IMG/VR virus record: IMGVR_UViG_3300020045_001898 | Span: 1-27,907 of that record | Source: a virus | Lineage: Duplodnaviria; Caudoviricetes | Strand: one strand, 5' to 3' | Length of the DNA: 27,907 nucleotides | In this document: positions 1 to 7,010 of the stretch, piece by piece | Layout: each line of letters starts with the position of its first letter | Position numbering within the stretch: the first letter of the stretch is position 1 | Notes under the pieces: model-generated | What the model was told of the DNA's origin: nothing | The model's input: the letters and a program-made list of their open reading frames with translations, nothing else | The model's database searches: none | Made by a program: the position numbers and the translations under genes

Positions 1-119
1 AACACTACGGTTTTTCCGCCGCCTGTAGGAAGTACGGCCAGAACGCTTAAATATGCGTTTCGGAAACAGGTACGAATCCCTGCGACCATTGTATTCTGAT
101 AATGGCGTAATGTAATCAT
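1..119 (-). CDS. SF2 (DEAD/DEAH-like) helicase, N-terminal part; runs off the window
   Basis: Manual translation from ATG at 119: MITLRHYQNTMVAGIRTCFRNAYLSVLAVLPTGGGKTVV, with a Q-motif (LRHYQ) and Walker A (PTGGGKT). Not in the ORF track. Confidence 0.85.
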   Translation of the reverse strand, partial: MITLRHYQNTMVAGIRTCFRNAYLSVLAVLPTGGGKTVV

Positions 120-133
120 GTGGATTTTTTTGG

Positions 134-313
134 TTATAGTTTTTCTATACTTTTCGCTACTTTGTTCCAGAACGCACGGTCCAGTCCGTCAACAGTGTCT
201 AGTCTTAAGATTTCAACACACGTAATAAACGCCGCCTGTTTTGCCTGTTCCCAGGTAAGGAATCCCAGAAACGACAGAACTAACGCCATGGCTTTTATTT
301 CGTGTTCTTCCAT
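134..313 (-). CDS. Small phage hypothetical protein (59 aa)
   Basis: Manual translation MEEHEIKAMALVLSFLGFLTWEQAKQAAFITCVEILRLDTVDGLDRAFWNKVAKSIEKL*. TAATG coupling to the upstream HTH gene; fills the gap to the helicase. Confidence 0.75.
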   Translation of the reverse strand: MEEHEIKAMALVLSFLGFLTWEQAKQAAFITCVEILRLDTVDGLDRAFWNKVAKSIEKL

Positions 314-513
314 TACGCTGTAGTTTCTTTTTTGGACATAGTGTTAATAGTCTTTTTTAACTTTTCGTAAGTTTCGAACGCTTCCGGTTCTTTTCGCGTC
401 CAGTTAGCTATCGTACTAGAAGGAATCTGCGCAGTTCTGAAAACCGAAGCCACAGAAAGTCCTTTTTCTTCGCATAGACGTTTGATTTCGTCGATCTTTT
501 TTTCTTTTGCCAT
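313..513 (-). CDS. XRE/Cro-like helix-turn-helix regulator
   Basis: 66 aa with an XRE-type pattern (IKRLCEEKGLSVASVFRTAQIPSSTIANW); first gene of a divergent operon. Confidence 0.75.
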   Translation of the reverse strand: MAKEKKIDEIKRLCEEKGLSVASVFRTAQIPSSTIANWTRKEPEAFETYEKLKKTINTMSKKETTA

Positions 514-536
514 TTTATGTATTAATTTTAATACTG

Positions 537-544
537 CAAATATG
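537..544 (-). promoter_or_regulatory. Putative leftward promoter -7 box (CATATTTG, one mismatch)
   Basis: Near match to Bacteroidota TAnnTTTG, 23 nt upstream of the HTH ATG. Confidence 0.45.
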
Positions 545-591
545 ATATATTATTTTTACATAAAAAAATTTTTTATTCGAAAATTTATTAT

Positions 592-599
592 TACGTTTG
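592..599 (+). promoter_or_regulatory. Rightward promoter -7 box (TACGTTTG)
   Basis: Exact TAnnTTTG in an AT-rich intergenic region, 30 nt upstream of ATG 630. Confidence 0.7.
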
Positions 600-629
600 T
601 CCCACTATTAATTCATAAACATTTTTAAA

Positions 630-839
630 ATGGCAAAAGAAGAAAAAGAACAGTTTTACACTGGCGAAGGTGTAGACGTTACAGAACGAATCGCGACTGG
701 AAAAACCAGGTTTTTTAAATCGCTAACTTTAGCGCAGTGGTGGGCGGATTTGCGAAAGATCCTACAGATACGAAGTTTTCGACGGTCCGACACCTGGAAA
801 ACGACAGTTAATCGGTTACGGAATCCCTCGATAATATGA
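630..839 (+). CDS. Small phage hypothetical protein, possibly frameshifted near 755
   Basis: Good start context. The +1 frame from 757 (RSYRYEVFDGPTPGKRQLIGYGIPR*, stop 832-834) looks more protein-like than the in-frame tail. Confidence 0.6.
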   Translation: MAKEEKEQFYTGEGVDVTERIATGKTRFFKSLTLAQWWADLRKILQIRSFRRSDTWKTTVNRLRNPSII

Positions 840-1615
840 TTCCCAATTATCACACCGACACGTCCGCGATATCTAAATCCGGTCTGGATAAAATAGACAT
901 TTCACCTTTAGACTATTGGTGGAAGTATCTACGTCCAGAACGCGAACCATACACGCCAGATAAACAGACGTTATTCGACGACGCCCTACGAATGGCCGTT
1001 TTCGAACCTAAATTATTCGCCCACAAATACGTTAAACTTCCGAACCTCAACAGATCGACCACCATAGGTAAATCCGAATTCGCTTCGTTAACAGCTGCAG
1101 CACAGGCAAACGATCAGTTACTTCTGCCTGCTTCTGATTTCGACGCTATTCGAAAAATGCAGGAAGCGATTTTAAAACACCCAACGGCGAAAATTTTGTG
1201 TACTGCAGGATTAATCGGAACGCCTGTTCGATTCGAAGAAATGAACACAGGCGCGCCTATTAAGTTTCGTCCGCACTGGATACACAACGGCGGAATAGTT
1301 GTCCATTTAATGTCGACTAAAGACGCTTCGTTCGGTAATTTTCAGAAGGAAGCCGGTAATTTTAGACACGATAAAAAAGCCGTTATCCAAATGGAAGGAA
1401 TGAAACTGGACGGAATGGCTTTTATAAACATCGAACCCGAAGCACCTTATAAAATTGGAATCCGTCACATGGACGAACGTTCGCTGTCTTTTGGACGTGA
1501 AACGGTAGTTCGTAACTGCGAAACTTATTTATCGTGCCTAGCGTCTGGAAAATGGCCTGGATTCGACGAACGAATACTTCCCGCAAGTTTGCCGGAATGG
1601 ATTTTTAAACAGTAA
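836..1615 (+). CDS. PD-(D/E)XK nuclease-like protein (RecE/exonuclease VIII, DUF3799-like), catalytic residues degenerate
   Basis: Family hallmarks YH..AISKSGLD..SP..YW, HP.A..L, K.RPxW, TKDAS..F, E...PY, C..SG.WPG..I...LP.W. PD is PH and DLK is HLM. Confidence 0.85.
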   Translation: MIPNYHTDTSAISKSGLDKIDISPLDYWWKYLRPEREPYTPDKQTLFDDALRMAVFEPKLFAHKYVKLPNLNRSTTIGKSEFASLTAAAQANDQLLLPASDFDAIRKMQEAILKHPTAKILCTAGLIGTPVRFEEMNTGAPIKFRPHWIHNGGIVVHLMSTKDASFGNFQKEAGNFRHDKKAVIQMEGMKLDGMAFINIEPEAPYKIGIRHMDERSLSFGRETVVRNCETYLSCLASGKWPGFDERILPASLPEWIFKQ

Positions 1616-1618
1616 ACC

Positions 1619-2821
1619 ATGAATCTATCAAACAAACAGGAATTATTTTATACCGAAGCGTTAGCAGGCGAAAATATTTTTCTAACAGGTAAAGCCGGAA
1701 CTGGTAAATCACACGTTACTAAAGTAGTTATTAAGGCATTTATAAACGCAGGAAAAAACGTAGCTGCTTTAGCACCTACAGGAATAGCTGCGAATAATAT
1801 CGGCGGCGCGACGTTACATTCTACATTTTCCCTTCCGCCGTTTGGTGTATTGGATTTTAAATCATGCAATTTCGTAAAACCTACGAAACGCCTGGTCCTA
1901 AATGCTATCGACGTTATAGTTATCGACGAAGTTTCTATGTTACGTCCGGATATCCTGGACGGCATTAACTGGACGTTAATTAAAAACGGCTGTCGAAGTT
2001 TGAACGAAATACAAATTATCTTTATTGGTGACATGAAACAGTTAGGAATAGTCGCCGACGATAACATGGTTTCGGTTATGCTTCAGAAATACGGTGGCTG
2101 TGAATGGTGGAAGGCAGAAATTTACGAAAAATTAAACGTCGTAAATATTGAACTAGACGAAGTCCTTCGACAGTCGGATCCGGAATTTATAGAAAATCTT
2201 AACCTGGTGCGCGACGGTAAAAAAGGCAAAGACGATTATTTCCGTAAATTCGTAAAAGAAGATCCTGCAGGAATAATTCTGGCACCACATAACGCCACTG
2301 TACAACGTTACAACATGGAAGGCCTTAATTCAGTTGAAGGAAAAACTTTCACTTTCGAAGCTACCGTGGAAGGAAATATTAAGGCCGCAGATTTTAACCT
2401 GGAACCTACAATTAACGTAAAACACGGCTGTAAAATAATGTACCTGGCGAACAGCAAAAACAATAATCTTTTTAACGGAACTTTAGGAACGTTTCACGTT
2501 TCGGACGAAGGAACAGAAGACGAACGATATTTTATCCAGGTCGGCGACGTAAAAAACGCTTTAGAAGTGCGAAAATTTACGAAAAAGGAATATGTATTAA
2601 ATCGCGAAGAAAATCGACTGGAACTGGAAGAAATAGGCAGTATCGAACAGTTACCGATAAAACTAGCTTACGCGCTTACGATTCATAAATCGCAGGGACT
2701 TACTTTAGACGAAGTCACGGTCGATTTAACGCTTCCGTGTTTCGCAGAAGGACAAATGTATATCGCGTTAAGTCGCGTCACTGCACCGACAGGATTAACA
2801 ATAATAGCAAAACGAAAATAA
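1619..2821 (+). CDS. Pif1-family SF1B DNA helicase
   Basis: FLTGKAGTGKS, APTGIAA, TLHS, IDEVSM, GDMKQL, LRQSD, NGTLG, PIKLAYALTIHKSQGLT, GQMYIALSR. Confidence 0.92.
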   Translation: MNLSNKQELFYTEALAGENIFLTGKAGTGKSHVTKVVIKAFINAGKNVAALAPTGIAANNIGGATLHSTFSLPPFGVLDFKSCNFVKPTKRLVLNAIDVIVIDEVSMLRPDILDGINWTLIKNGCRSLNEIQIIFIGDMKQLGIVADDNMVSVMLQKYGGCEWWKAEIYEKLNVVNIELDEVLRQSDPEFIENLNLVRDGKKGKDDYFRKFVKEDPAGIILAPHNATVQRYNMEGLNSVEGKTFTFEATVEGNIKAADFNLEPTINVKHGCKIMYLANSKNNNLFNGTLGTFHVSDEGTEDERYFIQVGDVKNALEVRKFTKKEYVLNREENRLELEEIGSIEQLPIKLAYALTIHKSQGLTLDEVTVDLTLPCFAEGQMYIALSRVTAPTGLTIIAKRK

Positions 2822-2851
2822 TTTAATTCCGGAGGGATACGCAAAAAAATT

Positions 2852-3343
2852 ATGTCTAGAATAACCAAAGAAATCGCAGAACAAGTCGCTAAAAAAATGA
2901 CTGAAGACAAAGAAAACGAAATAATTAAAATCAATAAGCAATTAACTAACACCGTTACTGATTTTGTACTTAAAACAATTCCTGAAGAAGTAATCGAATT
3001 TAACGAAAAATTTAAAGGTTATATCGATATGCGTTCTAACGTTAGACTTATTGGAAACGGTTGGAACTACGAAAATCTTTCTTTATCCAAATCGATTCCG
3101 CTTAAAAAACAAGATTTTATTCCCAATGTCAAACAGTCAGATATTCTTAAAAAATTAAAAGAAGAAGTTTCGGATAAAGAAAAACACCTGCAACAGCTTA
3201 GAAGAAAAATAGGTATCGCGCTTTATTCTTTACGTACATATTCAAAAGTCGCTATTGAATTTCCAGAAGCTGTTCCGTTTTTACCTAAAAAACAGGAAAC
3301 TAGTCTAGCAATAAATATTAACGACATTAGAGCAGAATTATAA
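2852..3343 (+). CDS. Nmad5-like protein (nucleotide modification-associated domain 5)
   Basis: N-terminal RITKEIAE and C-terminal LYSLRTYSKVAIEFPEAVPFLP resemble the family pattern; recalled, not searched. Confidence 0.6.
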   Translation: MSRITKEIAEQVAKKMTEDKENEIIKINKQLTNTVTDFVLKTIPEEVIEFNEKFKGYIDMRSNVRLIGNGWNYENLSLSKSIPLKKQDFIPNVKQSDILKKLKEEVSDKEKHLQQLRRKIGIALYSLRTYSKVAIEFPEAVPFLPKKQETSLAININDIRAEL

Positions 3344-3386
3344 AAAAAAAATAATCCTTAATACTGGCGAGTTTACGCAAAAAAAT

Positions 3387-3791
3387 ATGTCATTAGAAAT
3401 AAAAGGAAAAGTCAAAGTAGTAGGGTCTGCAATACAGGTTACTTCTTCCTACGAAAAACAGGAACTAGTAATCACAACGGACGAACAGTATCCACAGACT
3501 ATCGCTATTGAATTCGCGCAGGGAAAATGCGCTAATGAACTGGCGCAGCTTAAACCTGGCGATAACGTGAACGTTTCGATTAATATAGGCGGTCGCGAAT
3601 GGGTGAATCCACAAGGCGAAACGAAATATTTTAATTCGATTAAAGGGTGGCGCGTTTATACAATAATGCCGGCACATACTGCAGCACCTGCACCACAGGC
3701 ACAGGCACCCGCGCAAGCTGCACCACAGACGCAAGGATTCCAGGCGCAGGCAGATTTCAAAGAAGAAGAACACGACGATTTACCGTTTTAA
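3387..3791 (+). CDS. DUF3127-family single-stranded DNA-binding protein
   Basis: KQELVITTDEQYPQTI, GREW..PQG..KYFNSIKGW, Ala/Pro/Gln linker and acidic DDLPF tail. Confidence 0.88.
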   Translation: MSLEIKGKVKVVGSAIQVTSSYEKQELVITTDEQYPQTIAIEFAQGKCANELAQLKPGDNVNVSINIGGREWVNPQGETKYFNSIKGWRVYTIMPAHTAAPAPQAQAPAQAAPQTQGFQAQADFKEEEHDDLPF

Positions 3792-3809
3792 TTTTAAAAA
3801 AAATAAATT

Positions 3810-4580
3810 ATGTCAGAATTAGCAGTAATAAACGAATCGCAGTCAGTGTCTGTATTCAACAGTAAAGAAGCATTCGAACAGGCGCAGCGAATGGTCGTTC
3901 CTTTGTCACAGTCGACAATGGTTCCAGACGCCTATAAAAATAATTTACCTAATTGTATGGTAGCCATGGAAATGTCACACAGAATCGGTAAATCAGTCCT
4001 GGAAGTTATGCAGAACATGCAGATCGTAAAAGGGAATACCGGGTGGAAATCAGAATATGTTATTATGTCGATTAACAGATCCGGAATATTTAAAGACGCG
4101 CTGCATTTTGTATTTTCCGAAGACAGACAGTCATGTTACGCGACAGCCGTAAGGAAATCAAATAAACAGGAACTTCGCGGAACTGCAGTTTCTATGGAAC
4201 TAGCACGCGCCGAAGGGTGGCTAGAAAAAAACGGTTCTAAATGGAAAACTATGCCGGAACAAATGCTTATGTATCGCGCAGCTACTTTTTTCTGCCGTGT
4301 GTTTTGTCCGGAAGTTTTAGCAGGCGTTCAAACGGCCGACGAAATAGTCGATATCGGACACCTGGAAGTCGTAGGATCTAACCAGTCGATTTCTAAATTT
4401 AACGAAGCTGTTACTGCAGAAGTAGTCGAAGAAAATTTCGCGCAGGAAACCAGTTTCGAAGACGTACAGGAAACTGAAGAAACCAACGAAATAGAAGTCA
4501 AGGACGCGGAAGTTATAGAACAGGAACAGCCTGCAATGAATAACGCCGAAGCATATAAAGACGAAGACGACGATTTTTAA
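3810..4580 (+). CDS. RecT/Bet-like single-strand annealing recombinase
   Basis: S.MVP.AY....NC.VA.EM..R, VMQNM..V.G...W, A..EGW..K.GSKW..MPEQML.YRAA.FF.R..CPEV..G; acidic DDDF tail. Confidence 0.8.
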   Translation: MSELAVINESQSVSVFNSKEAFEQAQRMVVPLSQSTMVPDAYKNNLPNCMVAMEMSHRIGKSVLEVMQNMQIVKGNTGWKSEYVIMSINRSGIFKDALHFVFSEDRQSCYATAVRKSNKQELRGTAVSMELARAEGWLEKNGSKWKTMPEQMLMYRAATFFCRVFCPEVLAGVQTADEIVDIGHLEVVGSNQSISKFNEAVTAEVVEENFAQETSFEDVQETEETNEIEVKDAEVIEQEQPAMNNAEAYKDEDDDF

Positions 4581-4626
4581 TAAATCTTAAACCTCGCGAA
4601 GTATAGGTAAATCGCTAATTATATTT

Positions 4627-4860
4627 ATGGGAACACCATTCAAACACGAACTAGGAATCGAAGCAAAAGATATTATTACGGGATTTTCAGGAATCATAAT
4701 GTCCAGAAGTGAACATTTAACAGGCTGTAATGTTTATAGTATTTCACCGAAAACACTTCAGGAAGGAAAACTGGCAGAAACGCAGTGGTTTGACGAATCC
4801 AGGATCGAAAAGATAGGCGAAGGCGAAAACGATCCGACTTCTGCTTCTGACAGAAGATAA
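4627..4860 (+). CDS. Phage hypothetical protein (77 aa)
   Basis: LG..AKD.ITGFSGII..R.EHLTGC..Y...P....G......WFDE.RI is a pattern typical of a small phage protein family. Confidence 0.75.
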   Translation: MGTPFKHELGIEAKDIITGFSGIIMSRSEHLTGCNVYSISPKTLQEGKLAETQWFDESRIEKIGEGENDPTSASDRR

Positions 4861-4901
4861 ATATTTTCGAAAAATAACTATAAAATAAAAAACAAATTTA
4901 T

Positions 4902-4974
4902 TATATTTACAGCCTCATGGTTTTGGGTTTTTTGGTTAATAGTCATTAAAGGCGGTCTTCGGATCGCTTTTTTT
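4902..4974 (+). ncRNA. Candidate small RNA (~60 nt) with its own promoter box and intrinsic terminator
   Basis: TATATTTA (-7-like, 4902-4909), then CAGCCTCATGGTTTTGGGTTTTTTGGTTAATAGTCATT, then a GGCGGTC-TTCG-GATCGC-T7 hairpin. No credible CDS. Confidence 0.5.
4948..4974 (+). terminator. Rho-independent terminator
   Basis: AAAGGCGGTC-TTCG-GATCGCTTTTTTT: C(UUCG)G loop followed by a U-tract. Confidence 0.85.
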
Positions 4975-4990
4975 GGTTAATATACCCAAT

Positions 4991-5020
4991 AAAAAAAACA
5001 GCTAACGTATAGCTGTTTTT
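4991..5020 (-). terminator. Rho-independent (bidirectional) terminator
   Basis: AAAAAAAACAGCTA-ACGTA-TAGCTGTTTTT at the point where the two operons converge. Confidence 0.8.
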
Positions 5021-5026
5021 ATTAAT

Positions 5027-5321
5027 TTAATCGTCCATACAGAATCCAAAATTTCTGCGGTGCATGTGCATTTCTTTAATTGTAGGATTTCGCGTCGTTT
5101 CGAAGCACTTATGGTAATATTTAACTTCTGCCAGTGTGGTTTCTGTAATATCCCAATTTAACGCGAAATCTGTATTTTCCGAAGCCTGTTTAGGGTGCGT
5201 TCGTGCTAATGGCATAGGGATTAAACATTTCTTTTACTGGTTTTGAAACCTCGCTTTTTTGTGTCGCATTAGCGAATGATAAAGCACCGAACAGGATAAT
5301 TCCTAAAAATAATTTTTTCAT
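5027..5321 (-). CDS. Secreted small protein split across two frames (43 aa; 97 aa with a +1 shift at CCC-TAA)
   Basis: ATG 5321 gives the signal peptide MKKLFLGIILFGALSFANA, ending GCA CCC TAA (5198-5190). The +1 frame continues KQASENTDF...FCMDD* to 5027. Confidence 0.6.
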
Positions 5322-5378
5322 TTTGATAAAATTTAAGTTATTAATAATGTGCAATATAATAAATAAATCAATACGCAC

Positions 5379-5407
5379 AAAAAAACCGCCACAAAATGGA
5401 CGGTTTT
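5379..5407 (-). terminator. Terminator downstream of the endolysin
   Basis: AAAAAAACCGCCA-CAAAA-TGGACGGTTTT hairpin; U-tract on the minus strand. Confidence 0.65.
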
Positions 5408-5443
5408 AAATCACTATTCTAATCGACTAGCGGAATAGTTCTG

Positions 5444-5944
5444 TTATTGTGGAATTCGTTTAGCAACAGATTTTAAAACTGCCTTCAAGTTAGTAGCGTA
5501 ATTCGGATCTGTTGCATAACCTGCCTTCGCTATTTCTTCAAAAAAACGCGGTGGATCAGTTTTATATTTTAACGCTTCTTTGTATCGTGGATTTCTTTCG
5601 AAAAAATTAAGATAATCTGCGAATGATAATTCCGCACTGGCGTACTTACGAAACCAGTCTTTAATTTTATATTTGAATTTATTAACCGCTAATTTTACGA
5701 CAGATATCTTCACCGGATAATTGACAGTCGCCGTTTTGTGGTATTCTGTAGTAATAATTAACTGTTCGTTACCGTTAACACCGTCGGTGTCTTTTATTCC
5801 GAAGAAATTGTTTCCTACGGCTTTAGCACCCCAGGCACTTTCTGCCGCGCCCGCAGTTAAAGGAATTAAAAAATCAAATCCCTTTTTTGCCGCAGCTTTT
5901 TTAGCTTCTGGCAAATAATTTTTTATATATAATTCTGGTGTCAT
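5444..5944 (-). CDS. Endolysin, glucosaminidase (FlgJ/GH73-like) domain
   Basis: AAESAWG (catalytic Glu), NNFFGIK, FRKY.S...SF.DY, GYATDPNY. The start is probably ATG 5944 (ATGA overlap with the upstream stop) rather than 5956. Confidence 0.9.
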   Translation of the reverse strand: MTPELYIKNYLPEAKKAAAKKGFDFLIPLTAGAAESAWGAKAVGNNFFGIKDTDGVNGNEQLIITTEYHKTATVNYPVKISVVKLAVNKFKYKIKDWFRKYASAELSFADYLNFFERNPRYKEALKYKTDPPRFFEEIAKAGYATDPNYATNLKAVLKSVAKRIPQ

Positions 5945-6552
5945 AATCCAATCCATTTTATATATGTTACTACTCTGTAAGGATTCATTACATCGAATGC
6001 AGTTCCGTTTCCTATTGTATTTGTTTGCCCTACGTTCGCCTGTCCATTAACTCCCGCTAACAAAACATCAAAATTATTTGATTCTTCGGTCGTTGTATTT
6101 GCTGATTTTCTAGCTACAGTATTCAAAGAAGTGACTGGATTTTGTGCGTCTGCATCTGTAGAATTAGCAACAAAAAACGAGTGAGCTGGTAAGTTTGGAA
6201 CGGTTAATGTTTTCGTTTTTCCGCCGCCAGTATTTCCAATCGATCCGAATGCAGGATCGCCAGTTAACTGTCCAAAAGCTGTACGCCCGCGCATTTCGGT
6301 TACTTCTGCCCATCCTGCGGGAATATTAGCCACAATATCATTAAATAATACCCATCCTTTACCGTTGTTTCCTTCAGTTCCTAAAAACGGAGCCATTAAC
6401 GAATTGACTAAATCGTATAAATATTTCGTGCGACTAGCCAACTGCGACAATGCAATATTATCAACACCTTCCGGACCACCTTCTACAGGATCAGTCGTTT
6501 CAAATTGACGGATACCTGATACCCATCCTAAATTCTCTACTACGTTTGCCAT
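5941..6552 (-). CDS. Short tail fibre / baseplate fibre with tail-collar-like domain
   Basis: N-terminal ETTDPVEGGPEGVDN....LASRTKYL, then IPAGW, GGGKTKTLTVPNLPAHS and MNPYRVVTYI. Confidence 0.8.
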   Translation of the reverse strand: MANVVENLGWVSGIRQFETTDPVEGGPEGVDNIALSQLASRTKYLYDLVNSLMAPFLGTEGNNGKGWVLFNDIVANIPAGWAEVTEMRGRTAFGQLTGDPAFGSIGNTGGGKTKTLTVPNLPAHSFFVANSTDADAQNPVTSLNTVARKSANTTTEESNNFDVLLAGVNGQANVGQTNTIGNGTAFDVMNPYRVVTYIKWIGL

Positions 6553-6562
6553 ATCTTAATTA

Positions 6563-7006
6563 TTAAAATGAAATAGTCCAGTTTCCGTTCAAAATGATAT
6601 CGGAATTTTTATTAATTAATTCGCGGACCTTACGCGCGAATAGTGTATCGTCGTCACAAAGAAGGCCGAATTCGCGAATAGCTATTCCGTTTCCTTCACC
6701 TGCGCCCAGTTGCCAGTCAAAACGCACTGAAGAAATAGTCGGATAAGTAACCGCGCCCAGTGCTTTAGTGAATGCGCCAGTAATAGCAGAATCTGTCCCT
6801 ACAGGTGCAGTTCCGTTAGTTCCGACAGACAGCTTCGAAAGTTTTTTAGTAGAAGACGCCGCGCCTAGTAATGCCATTACTGCAGTGCGTCCGTTATTAA
6901 CTACCAAATTCGCGTCGACATACGTTTCAATTATTTTGCCGGTTTTAGCGCAAACGACCTGCAATTCGAAACGGCCTTTTAATGGATTTAATTTATCTGT
7001 ATTCAT
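6563..7006 (-). CDS. Baseplate/tail-fibre adaptor protein
   Basis: NLVVNNGR...GTNGTAP..TD....EGNG.AIREFGL......LFARK resembles the N-terminal domain of P2 gpH-like fibres; lies after gpI. Confidence 0.7.
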   Translation of the reverse strand: MNTDKLNPLKGRFELQVVCAKTGKIIETYVDANLVVNNGRTAVMALLGAASSTKKLSKLSVGTNGTAPVGTDSAITGAFTKALGAVTYPTISSVRFDWQLGAGEGNGIAIREFGLLCDDDTLFARKVRELINKNSDIILNGNWTISF

Positions 7007-7010
7007 AATT

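Larger units (their letters stand above)
502..641. repeat. Inverted repeat TAAAATGGCAAAAGAA (502-517 / 626-641) flanking the divergent promoter region
   Basis: 16-bp perfect inverted match, extending to 22/23 with one indel (496-517 vs 626-648). Each arm contains a start codon. Confidence 0.85.

Noticed and set aside
120-323. ORF-track + strand 67-aa ORF
   Set aside because: It is the antisense shadow of the better-supported minus-strand gene 134-313, which is coupled to its neighbours.
560-576. A7/T6 palindrome in the divergent spacer as an operator
   Set aside because: Too low in complexity to distinguish from the AT-rich background.
3670-3750. GCACC/ACAGGC short repeats in the SSB gene
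   Set aside because: They encode the ordinary Ala/Pro/Gln disordered linker.
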